From a virus (taxonomy: Duplodnaviria > Caudoviricetes), in IMG/VR virus record IMGVR_UViG_3300033463_000080, positions 1-64,000 of that record: DNA of 64,000 nucleotides; one strand, 5' to 3'. The notes under the pieces were generated by a model. That model did not search any database. It was not told the DNA's origin and worked only from the letters and a program-made list of their open reading frames with translations. Of the stretch, positions 18,063-28,128 are shown one piece after another (position 1 is the stretch's first letter; each line of letters starts with the position of its first letter). A program made the translations under genes and the position numbers.

Positions 18063-18717
18063 GATTACATCATTAAGCGATGACAGGAGAACATATATCA
18101 TGGAACAATGCGATACATGCGAGAATAACGGCAAGGGTGCCGATTGTTGTAAGATTACTGCAAAAGGAAAGTGTAACTACATGCCAAATAGAAGGGCAGA
18201 TAAGGATGGATATACCATGATGGATTCAAACGACTACGGCGTACTCCTCAGCATCCACCCGGAGTGGGTGGAAAAGATTTTCAGTGGCCGGAAAACGTAC
18301 GAGGTGCGCAAGAACAAACCAAAGATGGAACCGCCGTTCACGGTATACGTTTACTGCACACTAAGTGGGAAAGAACTGTGGAAGGGCGGGATCCACGGGA
18401 ATGATAAACTCAACGGGAAAATCTGCGCCGAGTTTACATGCGATAGGATCGACAAGATCGTTGTTCGGCGTGGGATGGGCATGGTGTTGCGACGGGGAGA
18501 TGAATATATCAGGTTTGGAAAAGACAATGGGATGTGCCTGACAAAACCGGAACTGTATGAATATATTGGAAGTGGACACGGTTACGCATGGCACATATCT
18601 GACCTGATCGTGTACGACAAGCCGCTGGCGTTGGCTGACTTCACATTTGCTGGATGCGTTAATCACCTGAGGTACGCTCCGCAGGGGATTGTATATGTCA
18701 ATAAAATAAATCGTTGA
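18055..18717 (+). CDS. ASCH/PUA-like domain protein
   Basis: VLLSIHPEWVEKIFSGRKTYEVRK. Confidence 0.75.
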   Translation: MIEITSLSDDRRTYIMEQCDTCENNGKGADCCKITAKGKCNYMPNRRADKDGYTMMDSNDYGVLLSIHPEWVEKIFSGRKTYEVRKNKPKMEPPFTVYVYCTLSGKELWKGGIHGNDKLNGKICAEFTCDRIDKIVVRRGMGMVLRRGDEYIRFGKDNGMCLTKPELYEYIGSGHGYAWHISDLIVYDKPLALADFTFAGCVNHLRYAPQGIVYVNKINR

Positions 18718-18731
18718 AGGGAGAAACGACC

Positions 18732-18980
18732 ATGGCAAAGTATCGTAAAAGACCCGTAGAGGTGGAAGCAGTACAGTGGACGGGCAACAATATTCGTGAA
18801 ATCGAGTCTTTCTGTTCCGGCCCGCTGACGTTTAATCACGAGACGAAGAGCATTATCATCCATACCCTGGAAGGGAACATGACCGCATCTGACGGCGATT
18901 TCATTATTCGTGGCGTGCATGGCGAGTACTACCCGTGCAAACCGGATATATTTGAAAAAACCTACGAGCCTGTTTTTTGA
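18732..18980 (+). CDS. conserved phage protein (KRPVEVEAVQW...TLEG...GDFII...YPCKPDIF)
   Basis: Widespread small phage family motif. Confidence 0.75.
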   Translation: MAKYRKRPVEVEAVQWTGNNIREIESFCSGPLTFNHETKSIIIHTLEGNMTASDGDFIIRGVHGEYYPCKPDIFEKTYEPVF

Positions 18981-18982
18981 TG

Positions 18983-19011
18983 TTGAATGATACGACGAAA
19001 CGTGGTACTAT
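18983..19011 (+). promoter_or_regulatory. sigmaA-type promoter
   Basis: TTGAAT-17bp-TACTAT with extended TG. Confidence 0.7.
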
Positions 19012-19032
19012 TAATGCAAATACGATTAGACC

Positions 19033-19323
19033 TTGATTAAGGGGAGGATGTCCATGAAAAGTCTGCAAATCTCAAAAAAATTATTTGTTGAAACAAGCGG
19101 ATTGCATGATTCACGAAATAAAAAGAGCGAAGTAGACGAAGCAATAAGCAGTTGGTTTGATGCAAACGGATATATTTTTTACCATCGTTCATTCACGCTG
19201 ATTGACGAACTGTACAAAAGCGGAAGATTTTGGATGTGGAGCGCAGAGTCCTATCCGAAACGGTTGCTTGATCATATTGATGACTGGATCGAAACTGACC
19301 TGATTACTTTTGATTACAAGTAA
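19033..19323 (+). CDS. hypothetical protein
   Basis: Follows the promoter; exact start uncertain. Confidence 0.5.
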   Translation: MIKGRMSMKSLQISKKLFVETSGLHDSRNKKSEVDEAISSWFDANGYIFYHRSFTLIDELYKSGRFWMWSAESYPKRLLDHIDDWIETDLITFDYK

Positions 19324-19354
19324 TAAATCAATTCAGGAAGGAGGTGATTCGCTG

Positions 19355-21280
19355 ATGGATGAAAACCAAAGTACTGAATTGATTATACCTGAATGGACGC
19401 TTCAACAGTTTGAGGATACCGATGAACCGTGGCAATGGCTCGTCCAGAAAAAGAAGGAAAACCCACGGAGATTCAAACAGATACTGAATAAAGTTAAACG
19501 CATTGCAGAAAAAGTTAAGTACAAAACATTCCTGTCCACATGGAGAGACTGGGACAAGTATGACGAAAGCGGCAACAGGGTAGATAATGCCACGAATGTT
19601 CTTTCCTTTAACGGACAGGATACAAAACTCCGTTGCGGAGAATATCTGTGCGATATATACGGTGGAATCTACCGCCAGTCAGAAGTATACGGACGGGTCG
19701 ATGTATGCGCTCATCCGATCATTCCGGTTAAGCGCGTTGTCAGCGTGGACAACGGCAAGGCAAAAATGGAACTGGCATTCTGCCGTGGCAAGGATGGATG
19801 GCGGTCAATGATCGTACCGAAAACGGTTGTTGCCAGTTCGCAGAGGATTATTGAACTCGCTGATCAGAACATAGCGGTTACATCTGAAAATGCAAGGGAA
19901 CTCGTTAAGTATCTGTCTACAATTGAGAGTTTGAACTACGATGATCTTCCAACACAGTTGTCAACATCGCATCTCGGCTGGCTTCCGAACGGTGAGTTCG
20001 CACCATATGCCGAAGATGTGGTTTACGATGGCAACAGTGAGGAATATCAGAGAATATTTAATAACTTTGTTTCATTCGGAAGCGAAGATAAATGGATGGA
20101 GATCGCCAAGGCTGTACGTTCGGAAGGAAGCCTGGCCGCCAGGATCGCACTGGCAACCAGTTTTGCCGCTCCGCTCGTCAAGTTCTGCGGTGACCTTCCT
20201 TTTATTATTCATTTGTGGGGTGATACCGGATGCGGTAAGACGGTCGCATTGATCCTCGCCGCCAGCGTATGGTGCAAACCGGATCGCGGCAGCGGATACA
20301 TCAAAACGCTCGGCGATACAAAAAACGCCCAGGAGATATTCGCTGCGTTCTGCCAGAACACGCCAGTATTCTTTGACGAACTTCAGCTGGTAGCCGAGTA
20401 CAAAACATACGATGACATGATCTACAAGCTGTGCCAGGGAACAAGTAAGGGACGCGCCACACGCGATGGAAGTCTTCGGCGGCAGAATATGTGGAGCAAC
20501 TGTTTTCTGACCACAGGCGAAACTCCCATACTGCAATCGTCATCCGGTGGCGGTGCGTACAACCGATGCATTGAACTTAAGTACGGCGGTGAGCAGTTGT
20601 TCAAAAACCCTGAGTATGCTTCGTATGTGGCAGAAACCGTGAAGGAGAACTATGGGTTTGCAGGACGGAAGTTTATTGAAGCTGTCCGTAAACCGAACAT
20701 GATCGAAGCAATCAAGGCGAACTTTGAGAAGTACAAAAACCAGTTGCTGTCCGACCAGACCAAGGAACCAAAGCAGGCGATGGCCGCCGCTACCATCCTG
20801 ATCGCTGACAAGATCGCCGAGGCAGTACTGTTCCATGACGGAAAGTGCATTACAGTTGAAGAGATTAAAAACTTTTTAGTCAACTCATCAGAGATCGACG
20901 CAAACCAGCGGTGCTATCAGTACCTTATGAACTGGATTACGGAAAATCAGCAGCACTTTGAGGATGATGCGGAGGACCGTGGCGGTATCTGGGGCAAGTT
21001 TGAAGGAGACTACGTATGCATCAGTAAGAACAAGTTTGACGAAGCATTGCTTTCCGGCGGATTCAGATCCAGGGCATTCCTTGAATGGTGCAGGCAGAAA
21101 AACATGAGCATGTGTGAGTATCACGGACCGAACAGCAGTAACAATCGCCTTACCATCAGGACAACGCTTGGGCATGGCGTTGTAACTTGTGCAAAGATCC
21201 GTTTGCCAGGGGCAAAGACAGCAGAACAGGATGAGTATCAAGGGTATGTTGCAGTATCAGATCCGGATATGCCGTTCTGA
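19355..21280 (+). CDS. DUF927-domain replicative helicase (Cch-like)
   Basis: HLGW, IHLWGDTGCGKT Walker A, FFDELQ, LCQGTSKGRA, FLTTGE, ENYGFAG. Confidence 0.85.
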   Translation: MDENQSTELIIPEWTLQQFEDTDEPWQWLVQKKKENPRRFKQILNKVKRIAEKVKYKTFLSTWRDWDKYDESGNRVDNATNVLSFNGQDTKLRCGEYLCDIYGGIYRQSEVYGRVDVCAHPIIPVKRVVSVDNGKAKMELAFCRGKDGWRSMIVPKTVVASSQRIIELADQNIAVTSENARELVKYLSTIESLNYDDLPTQLSTSHLGWLPNGEFAPYAEDVVYDGNSEEYQRIFNNFVSFGSEDKWMEIAKAVRSEGSLAARIALATSFAAPLVKFCGDLPFIIHLWGDTGCGKTVALILAASVWCKPDRGSGYIKTLGDTKNAQEIFAAFCQNTPVFFDELQLVAEYKTYDDMIYKLCQGTSKGRATRDGSLRRQNMWSNCFLTTGETPILQSSSGGGAYNRCIELKYGGEQLFKNPEYASYVAETVKENYGFAGRKFIEAVRKPNMIEAIKANFEKYKNQLLSDQTKEPKQAMAAATILIADKIAEAVLFHDGKCITVEEIKNFLVNSSEIDANQRCYQYLMNWITENQQHFEDDAEDRGGIWGKFEGDYVCISKNKFDEALLSGGFRSRAFLEWCRQKNMSMCEYHGPNSSNNRLTIRTTLGHGVVTCAKIRLPGAKTAEQDEYQGYVAVSDPDMPF

Positions 21281-21284
21281 GTTA

Positions 21285-21625
21285 TGTACGGAAACGTACA
21301 GCCGTTGTACGTTTTGGGGAAATGAATTTTCAAAACGTACAGTAAACTCAGTGGCTGGAAGCATTGATTTATAAGGGGTTGAGAGTTTTGTTGTACGTTT
21401 GTACGTTTTGTACGTTCAAAATATTAAAGACTATAAGGGATATTTTTTATCATGTATGTTGTGGATTAATAAAAAAATCCTCGCGCGTAGAGTGAAAACA
21501 GAACGTACAAAACGTACAAAACGTACAAAATGTAGGAAAATCAAGGCTTAGACCATGTACGTTTATGTAAAAACGGAAACCCAAAACGTACAGTAACAAA
21601 AACAAAACGTACAAAAACGTACAGA
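21285..21625. repeat. probable replication origin: about 13 AAACGTACA/TGTACGTTT iterons around AT-rich tracts
   Basis: Tandem TGTACGTTT at 21391-21417 face tandem AACGTACAAA at 21501-21530; directly after the helicase. Confidence 0.7.
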
Positions 21626-21640
21626 AAGAGGTGAATTTTA

Positions 21641-22282
21641 GTGAAAACACTCATTGCGATCCCATGCATGGACACCGTGCCAGTCGGATTTGCACAGTCA
21701 TTGCTCTGGCTGGAGAAGGGCGAGAACGTATCCGTACTGTTCAAGCCTAACAGCCTGGTATATGACTCACGTAACCTGATCAGCCTGACGGCAATCGAAC
21801 AGGGGTTTGACCGGGTGATGTGGTTTGACTCTGACATGATGTTCACGCCGAAGACTATGAAGATCCTGCAGAACGACATGGATTTGCTGAAGTGTGACAT
21901 GATTACCGGACTGTACTTCAAGCGAAACGGAGAACACCTGCCTGTGATATACGATCAGCTGGAAATGCCCACGACAGATGAGAACGGTGTCCCGGTAAAA
22001 CGGATACACGAGTATGTGAACTATCCGGAAGACCAGCGGTTTCCGATACGCGGATGCGGATTCGGATGTGTACTCACCACGACACAACTGCTGAAGGAAG
22101 TATGGGATACCTACGGGCCGGCATTTGCTCCATTCCCCTGGGCAGGTGAAGACATCGCATTCTGCTACCGGGTAAATCAGCTGGAGCGTGACATCTGGTG
22201 CGACAGCCGGGTGAGTTGCGGACATATCGGAACGTTCGTATACACAGAGGACAATGTAAAGCGAGGTGAACGGAATGGGTAA
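21641..22282 (+). CDS. GT-A fold (GT2-like) glycosyltransferase
   Basis: LIAIP, SRN, WFDSD (DxD), GCGFGC, GEDIAFC, CGHIG. Confidence 0.75.
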   Translation: MKTLIAIPCMDTVPVGFAQSLLWLEKGENVSVLFKPNSLVYDSRNLISLTAIEQGFDRVMWFDSDMMFTPKTMKILQNDMDLLKCDMITGLYFKRNGEHLPVIYDQLEMPTTDENGVPVKRIHEYVNYPEDQRFPIRGCGFGCVLTTTQLLKEVWDTYGPAFAPFPWAGEDIAFCYRVNQLERDIWCDSRVSCGHIGTFVYTEDNVKRGERNG

Positions 22283-22478
22283 TGGAATCGGTACGCCTAC
22301 GCCAACGGTGACATTGATTCGCCGTCTGCGCCTGATGGCGGACTCCGGCGGAATGCTCTCACGGGACAGGCTGCGTACCATTATTGAAGCGGCAGACAGG
22401 CTGGAAGACCTGGACGAGCGTGTGGCAATCATGGCGGAAGGCAACAACACATCCCTGACTCCCGAGATGTTCCCATAA
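22266..22478 (+). CDS. hypothetical protein
   Basis: 70 aa. Confidence 0.5.
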   Translation: MNGMGNGIGTPTPTVTLIRRLRLMADSGGMLSRDRLRTIIEAADRLEDLDERVAIMAEGNNTSLTPEMFP

Positions 22479-22482
22479 GGAG

Positions 22483-22845
22483 GTGATGCCAGTGGTAAGA
22501 ACGATTGAATGGTGGCGCGGAACGGCAACGCATATGTGGCGTACATACTTTGCCCTTCAGCGCGACGGGTTTAACTGGGAGAAACTCTCCCTTCCGGATC
22601 AGCGTATCTACGCTGTCTGTCACCATGTGTTCCTCAGCAAGTTTATCAAGACAGACCAGGATATTCTCCAGTACTACTTCACATCACGCTGGGGCGACGA
22701 CATCTATGCCGTGGAAGACTATTCCCTGAAGCATGGTATCCCAATCAAGGTCATCTGGATGGTGATCCGACGTGCAAACCGCGCTGTGATGGAAGAAGTC
22801 GGGTTCCTGGAACGAAAGGAGGATGATGATAATGAATCGGTATGA
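22483..22845 (+). CDS. hypothetical protein, possible sigma-region-4-like late activator
   Basis: 120 aa; function is inference only. Confidence 0.5.
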   Translation: MMPVVRTIEWWRGTATHMWRTYFALQRDGFNWEKLSLPDQRIYAVCHHVFLSKFIKTDQDILQYYFTSRWGDDIYAVEDYSLKHGIPIKVIWMVIRRANRAVMEEVGFLERKEDDDNESV

Positions 22846-24169
22846 TGTAATCAATCACTTCGCAACCATTCGCGGGTACAAGTCATTCCTGGAGATCGGT
22901 ACGCTGAACGGCGAAACATTCCGCGCAGTAAAATGCCCGCATAAAGTCTCCGTGGATCCTGTGCCACGCACAAACCCTACCTACTGCATGACATCCGATG
23001 AGTTCTTTAAAACGAACAAAGAAACTTTCGATATCGTGTTCATTGACGGCCTTCACGAGTGTAACCAGGTGTGGCGCGACATCACTAACGCCCTGAAATC
23101 ACTCAACCCTGGCGGAGTCATCGTCATGCACGATTGCCACCCCACATCGGAACGGATGCAGGAACATCACACAGAGTCCCAGTACGGGTACGACTGGACC
23201 GGCGATGTCTGGAAAGCATTCGTCAAGGCACGCGCTGAACTCCCATATGAACTGTACGTCCTCGACCATGACATGGGATGCGGTATTATTGATACCACTA
23301 AACCAAAGACTACCGACACTTCATCTTACCCGACAGACATGGATCACCTGAACTACGGTCACTTCCTCGCTCATCCGGACTGGTTTAACTTCCGCCGTAC
23401 ATTCCTTCCGGAACGGATCGCAGTCTACTGCGCCACACGCAATCTCTACCACCAGATGGCAACCGTTTCTAAATCTCTCATCGCAAACAACGGAGCAGAT
23501 CGCGTCATCTTCATCACAGAGGACGATGAGTTCCCTGAAAAACTTCCGCCCTGTATCTCTACGCTAAACCTCTCCGGTCAAACATTTTTCCCACCGTCCG
23601 GACCAAACTATAAGTCCGCATGGACATGGATGGTCATGATCCGCGTCGCATTCACCAAGCTTTTCCCATACCTCGACCGTGTACTGTCCCTTGACTGCGA
23701 TATGATCGTCAATCATCCGCTCGATGAGATCTGGAATACCCAATTCGGTAACGCTTACTTCGCACTCGTCCGTGAACCGGACTGGTTCTGGAAAACTGCA
23801 CCGTTTGAATACCATAAGGTTCCGTACTTCAATTTCGGTTTGTCTTTCCAGAACCTCAACAAACTACGCAAGGATAAGATGGATGACTGGATCATCTATG
23901 CCTTAAACAACCGCAAGACGCGCTTCCCTGAACAGGATATCGTTAACCAGCTATGCAACGGACAAATCAAAGAACTCCCTGAACACCTCAATACCATGCT
24001 TCAGTTCCACAAGGACATCAATCCGACTGAACCAACGATCCTTCACTACGCAGCGATGCAATGGAAAATGCTCCAGTCAGACGAGTATAAGAAGTACGAG
24101 AAGATGTCATGGGATGAAGCGCTGAAACGGCGCGATACTATCCAGAACGGAGGCGAGAATAATGGATGA
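22832..24169 (+). CDS. class I SAM methyltransferase fused to a GT8-like glycosyltransferase
   Basis: N-half FLEIG, FDIVFIDGLH, IVMHD; C-half RVLSLDCD, YFNFG, EQDIVN, ILHYA. Confidence 0.8.
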   Translation: MNRYDVINHFATIRGYKSFLEIGTLNGETFRAVKCPHKVSVDPVPRTNPTYCMTSDEFFKTNKETFDIVFIDGLHECNQVWRDITNALKSLNPGGVIVMHDCHPTSERMQEHHTESQYGYDWTGDVWKAFVKARAELPYELYVLDHDMGCGIIDTTKPKTTDTSSYPTDMDHLNYGHFLAHPDWFNFRRTFLPERIAVYCATRNLYHQMATVSKSLIANNGADRVIFITEDDEFPEKLPPCISTLNLSGQTFFPPSGPNYKSAWTWMVMIRVAFTKLFPYLDRVLSLDCDMIVNHPLDEIWNTQFGNAYFALVREPDWFWKTAPFEYHKVPYFNFGLSFQNLNKLRKDKMDDWIIYALNNRKTRFPEQDIVNQLCNGQIKELPEHLNTMLQFHKDINPTEPTILHYAAMQWKMLQSDEYKKYEKMSWDEALKRRDTIQNGGENNG

Positions 24170-24734
24170 TAAGACCGGAACGGATCTGACAGAGGAACAG
24201 GTTACTCAGGTCGTGAAGAAAAAGAAAAACCGTGGCTCGGATTGGATGAAGGAACTGTCCGCTGACGGCGGCAATTTTGAACCGGGCGAAAATGCACGGT
24301 ATATCCGGAATGCACTAGCATCATGGGATCTTCCGCCGATTGATATCTCCGATCCGGAACAGGTGAAGGAACGACTTGCAGCTTACTTCAGACATTGCGC
24401 GGAAAACGACAGAAGACCTCAGATTGTAAGCATGTGTAACTGGCTGGGAATACATCGGGATACGCTGAATCAGTGGAAAAATGGGGATGTGCGGGCCGGT
24501 ACACATACCGACATCATTAAAAAAGCTTACGAATTAATGGAGGAAATGTGGACGGATTACATGACGAACGGAAAGATCTCGCCACCGACCGCTATATTTT
24601 TGGCGAAGAACTGGTACGGCTACAAGGATGTGGCAGATGTTGTTGTCACGCCGAACAACCCGATGCAGGGACTCGATGCGGAATCAGCGCGGAAACGGCT
24701 GGTCGATAGCATACCGGATGACGATGACGAGTAA
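24162..24734 (+). CDS. probable terminase small subunit
   Basis: HTH MCNWLGIHRDTLNQW; C-terminal AIFLAKNWYGYKD typical of gp3-like DNA packaging proteins. Confidence 0.7.
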   Translation: MDDKTGTDLTEEQVTQVVKKKKNRGSDWMKELSADGGNFEPGENARYIRNALASWDLPPIDISDPEQVKERLAAYFRHCAENDRRPQIVSMCNWLGIHRDTLNQWKNGDVRAGTHTDIIKKAYELMEEMWTDYMTNGKISPPTAIFLAKNWYGYKDVADVVVTPNNPMQGLDAESARKRLVDSIPDDDDE

Positions 24735-24740
24735 CTGAAC

Positions 24741-24776
24741 GAACAGGGACGGAGCGGATTCCGTTCCTGTTTTTTA
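24741..24776 (+). terminator. intrinsic terminator
   Basis: AACAGGGA...TTCCTGTT followed by a T-run. Confidence 0.65.
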
Positions 24777-25162
24777 GCAAGAGCAATGTGTCACGTAATA
24801 GGACTAGGATTATATGATAAATGTACATTATGTACACTCATATCTATATTTATATATCCCCAACGTAGCAGGTTGCTTTTGCTATCCGGAGAGAATCAGC
24901 GTTCGGAGTGTGCAGCTGACGGCGATCCGGAATGGATGACCTCGGATCGTGGCAACAGAATTGCGGAACGGAACGACTGCGAAGCAACTATTCGTAAAAG
25001 CATAGTTTCACGAATAGTTGATATACCATATATTGTATGCTTCATCAGGCGATGCACGAGATGATCCGAAATGAATAAATATGCAATGGCATGCACATGA
25101 ATATGCAAAAATTGCATTCATGAACGGAGCGAATATCGGCTGAATATGCAAAAAAAAGGCAC

Positions 25163-25203
25163 AAAAAAAGACCCGCCCAGGCCGAAGCCTGAGCGGGCGG
25201 GTA
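25163..25203 (-). terminator. intrinsic terminator ending the minus-strand operon
   Basis: Minus strand: GC stem with UUCG loop then a U7 run. Confidence 0.75.
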
Positions 25204-25219
25204 GGGTAACGGAGCGGAA

Positions 25220-25612
25220 TCAAAAGTCGGTGATCTCTTCCAGACAGAACGGATCGTTCGGGTTGGTGGTGTTGTCGATGACGGCGATCAGCGTATCAGG
25301 GTAGGCATTGCGCTGCTTCCTGGCCATGGTTTTTGCTTCTTCCAGGCTATAGCTGCCGGTTCCCCAGTCGTCTTCGCGGTTTGTTTGGACGGCGTACCAG
25401 AGGCGCGGAGCGGGATCGTCGTCCAGGGTGATGTCCTCGACGACGTCTTCCGGGGCGTAGATGACGTGCAGTTCGCCATCCAGGTCGTTGGCCTTGTTCT
25501 GCATGGCGAATTCGAAGTCTTCGTATTCGCCGGTCGGGTCAGAGATGTTCTTCCGGATCAGGTGGATGCCGTCGTTGGCCTCGATGACTGCGGTGTACAG
25601 GGTCTTTTCCAT
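25220..25612 (-). CDS. acidic hypothetical early protein
   Basis: AGGAGG RBS, 130 aa. Confidence 0.7.
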   Translation of the reverse strand: MEKTLYTAVIEANDGIHLIRKNISDPTGEYEDFEFAMQNKANDLDGELHVIYAPEDVVEDITLDDDPAPRLWYAVQTNREDDWGTGSYSLEEAKTMARKQRNAYPDTLIAVIDNTTNPNDPFCLEEITDF

Positions 25613-25615
25613 GGG

Positions 25616-25828
25616 TTAGTCCTCCTTCTTGTTGTCGATGATAAGAATCTTTTTAAACTCCGTGGATAGGTCTGCCCGGATCAGCTGTCGGATGTAGTCC
25701 TGCTTTGACGGAACGGATGAAAGCTTTTCGATCACGTCGGCGTCGGTCCGGTTATTGAACTTGAACGTGTAAAATGTGCAGTTTGCGCTGTCGTACTTTC
25801 GCTGCGCTATGGTGTGGTTGTTCGGCAT
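25616..25828 (-). CDS. ribbon-helix-helix-like DNA-binding protein
   Basis: FYTFKFN...DADVIEKLSSVPSKQDYIRQLIRAD pattern. Confidence 0.65.
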   Translation of the reverse strand: MPNNHTIAQRKYDSANCTFYTFKFNNRTDADVIEKLSSVPSKQDYIRQLIRADLSTEFKKILIIDNKKED

Positions 25829-25845
25829 GGTCAGTCCTCCTTGAA

Positions 25846-25887
25846 TAGGTATGGACTTATCATACCACCGGAACGATCCGGAATCAA
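25846..25887 (-). promoter_or_regulatory. sigmaA promoter with TAGGT-N4-ACTTA operator-like site
   Basis: Minus strand TTGATT-17bp-TATGAT; operator-like box at 25846-25859. Confidence 0.7.
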
Positions 25888-26159
25888 GATGTCACCTCCT
25901 TCGCTGCCCGGACTTCATCCGGGTAGTTTTCCTTCATGAAGTCGATGTAGTTGTCGGCGTCGTTGTCGATCTGGGATTCAAACATGTCCCAGTCGAAGCA
26001 TCCGTCTTCGTCGGTGGCATCGATGACGGCGTTGTCGTGGCATTCATCCATCCAGTCTTCCGGACGGATGCCTGTTTCATGTTCGATGCGGTCAAGCGCC
26101 TTGCGGACGATGCCTGTTGTGGATCCGTATCCGATGCGGATGATAGCTTTTTTGTCCAT
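25884..26159 (-). CDS. very acidic hypothetical protein
   Basis: GGAGGT RBS, 91 aa, D/E-rich. Confidence 0.7.
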   Translation of the reverse strand: MDKKAIIRIGYGSTTGIVRKALDRIEHETGIRPEDWMDECHDNAVIDATDEDGCFDWDMFESQIDNDADNYIDFMKENYPDEVRAAKEVTS

Positions 26160-26225
26160 GAGGGACCTCCTTCTCCAGCTGGTGCTGGCTACGAGAGGCG
26201 GAGGTCCGTCTCCCGGGTGCCAGGA

Positions 26226-26549
26226 TCAGGTGGCAATTGCTTCCTTGTGACGTGTCTTCAGAACGGACGTGTCGTTTCCCGGACGTTCGTAGTGGAACGG
26301 ATAGTCGACTGTGACGAACCATTCGTCATCTTTCAGCTGGATCTCGTGGATGTAACTGTTCTGGATGATGTACATTGTGTGTCCATCCACTTCGTCGTCC
26401 GATGTGCAGGTGAGATATGCCCATCCTTTTCCGATGGAAAACCAGTTGATTGTGTAGTTGATTTTTCTGGTGTCGTTGATGTCCGCCCTGCACCAGTAGC
26501 GGAACGTGCGGCCTTTCCACCAGGCCAGCGGCCGGTCCTTCAGCTTCAT
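26226..26549 (-). CDS. hypothetical early protein
   Basis: GGAGAGG RBS; stop in repeat B. Confidence 0.65.
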   Translation of the reverse strand: MKLKDRPLAWWKGRTFRYWCRADINDTRKINYTINWFSIGKGWAYLTCTSDDEVDGHTMYIIQNSYIHEIQLKDDEWFVTVDYPFHYERPGNDTSVLKTRHKEAIAT

Positions 26550-26551
26550 GC

Positions 26552-27046
26552 TCAATCCTCTCCTTTCGTCACCCAGCCGATGCGGGCCAGGTCTTTGTCG
26601 GACGGTTCCCAGTACTCGTCGTACTCGTCCGTGTCTGGATTGTACTTCGCAACGTATGCGCTGCAGTTGTAGATCATGTAGTCCCAATCAATGATCTGAT
26701 CTTCGGTCGGTCCTTCCGGATCCCACTCTTCAGATTGCTGCCACATCCAATTAAGCAGCAGGTCAAGCGTATCCTGCTTCGCCTGGGCAAAGGATACGGA
26801 ATGGAAACCGTCGCAGCAATCATCGCTGCTCCAGATGACACTCCATGTATCGCGCTTGATCGGCTTGCGCTTGCTGATCGCGATGATCGCGTTCGCAACG
26901 TCGATGTACGGAAACTGCATGCCGTCAGGGTATCCATGTTTCAAATCGGATATGATCTGTTCTCCGTCGGTTGTGCCATAGGTGTACTCATCGCATCCGT
27001 GTTCCGCCAGGACGGAACGTGCATAATCTTTGACTTCCTTGCGCAT
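26552..27046 (-). CDS. acidic hypothetical early protein
   Basis: GGAGG RBS, 164 aa. Confidence 0.7.
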   Translation of the reverse strand: MRKEVKDYARSVLAEHGCDEYTYGTTDGEQIISDLKHGYPDGMQFPYIDVANAIIAISKRKPIKRDTWSVIWSSDDCCDGFHSVSFAQAKQDTLDLLLNWMWQQSEEWDPEGPTEDQIIDWDYMIYNCSAYVAKYNPDTDEYDEYWEPSDKDLARIGWVTKGED

Positions 27047-27116
27047 GTTATGTCCTCCGTTTCTCCGGTACTGGTACCGGCTACGAGGTCTCCGGCGGAG
27101 GCCCCGTGTGCCGAGA

Positions 27117-27266
27117 TCAGGCAGGAACGATTGCGATGATGTCTGCCAGCGCGATTACTCTGCATTCATCCAGGATGATGTATCCTGGTTTCAGCGTGGC
27201 CGGTTCGATCTTGTTTGCGTAGAGGATGCGAGGCAGGTCGTTGCCTCCGACGGTGATGATCTTCAT
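27117..27266 (-). CDS. 49-aa hypothetical protein (MKIITVGGNDLPRIL...)
   Basis: TAATG coupling; stop in repeat B; below the ORF-track cutoff. Confidence 0.55.
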   Translation of the reverse strand: MKIITVGGNDLPRILYANKIEPATLKPGYIILDECRVIALADIIAIVPA

Positions 27267-27808
27267 TACTCATCTCTCCCTTCAAAATCCAGTCCGTACT
27301 CACGGACGTTGTCGCAGTAGTCCCGGTATTCCTGCTCCATCCAACGCTTGTTCTCCAGGATCGGGCCTACGAGTTCCGCCAGGTCGATCTTCACCGGATC
27401 GGAGCGGATGTCCCATACTTCCATGTTGTCCATATATCCGCATTCCCGGTCGGTTTCGTACAACTCCGCGATCTTTCTCCCGGTCTCGATACTGGCGGAG
27501 GTTTCACCGTCGATGGTAACCTTCAGCAGGTATTCCCGGTTCGGTCGTTCGCGTTCTTCCTTTTCGCGTTTTGCCCGGGCCTTGTCCTCTGTTACGCAGT
27601 AGTTCCACACAAGCAGCATGGTTGCCGGATCGTTCAGTCCGCCGATCAGCGGTTCATCAGGATCCTGGAATTCCTGCATGCCTTCGATCTGGGTCTTTGC
27701 GTCGTCCAGATTGGTCATCAGTTCCAGTTCGTCGAGATCGGCGTATGCGTTGTACTGGAAAATTACCTCGATCTCTTCGGCCAAAGCGGCCTTCATCTTC
27801 TCTGTCAT
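27266..27808 (-). CDS. acidic hypothetical early protein
   Basis: GGAGG RBS. Confidence 0.7.
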   Translation of the reverse strand: MTEKMKAALAEEIEVIFQYNAYADLDELELMTNLDDAKTQIEGMQEFQDPDEPLIGGLNDPATMLLVWNYCVTEDKARAKREKEERERPNREYLLKVTIDGETSASIETGRKIAELYETDRECGYMDNMEVWDIRSDPVKIDLAELVGPILENKRWMEQEYRDYCDNVREYGLDFEGRDE

Positions 27809-28128
27809 TGTTGATCTCCTCCATCTCTTGTCCATATAATTTCCGTGCCATCGGAGAACATGTCCAGTACCGAACGGGGGCGTCCTACTTCCATTATGTC
27901 GAACATTGAATCGTATTTTGTGTCTAAGTCTTCAAATGTCTGTGTCCTAACAAATTCCATTGCCTCGTTGTATTCGGACAAGTCCACCCAGTTTGTTATT
28001 TTCCTGTTTTTGTTGATAAGAATGGCGATGTCCTTGTACCCGTCAATGCTCGTATTCTTCATGACGGCGTATTGCCGACCGGTTCTAAGCTTTATGACCA
28101 TTCCAGTCTTCAGATCTGATATGTTCAT
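27805..28128 (-). CDS. hypothetical protein (MNISDLKTGMVIKLRTG)
   Basis: AT-richer ORF with RBS. Confidence 0.65.
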   Translation of the reverse strand: MNISDLKTGMVIKLRTGRQYAVMKNTSIDGYKDIAILINKNRKITNWVDLSEYNEAMEFVRTQTFEDLDTKYDSMFDIMEVGRPRSVLDMFSDGTEIIWTRDGGDQQ

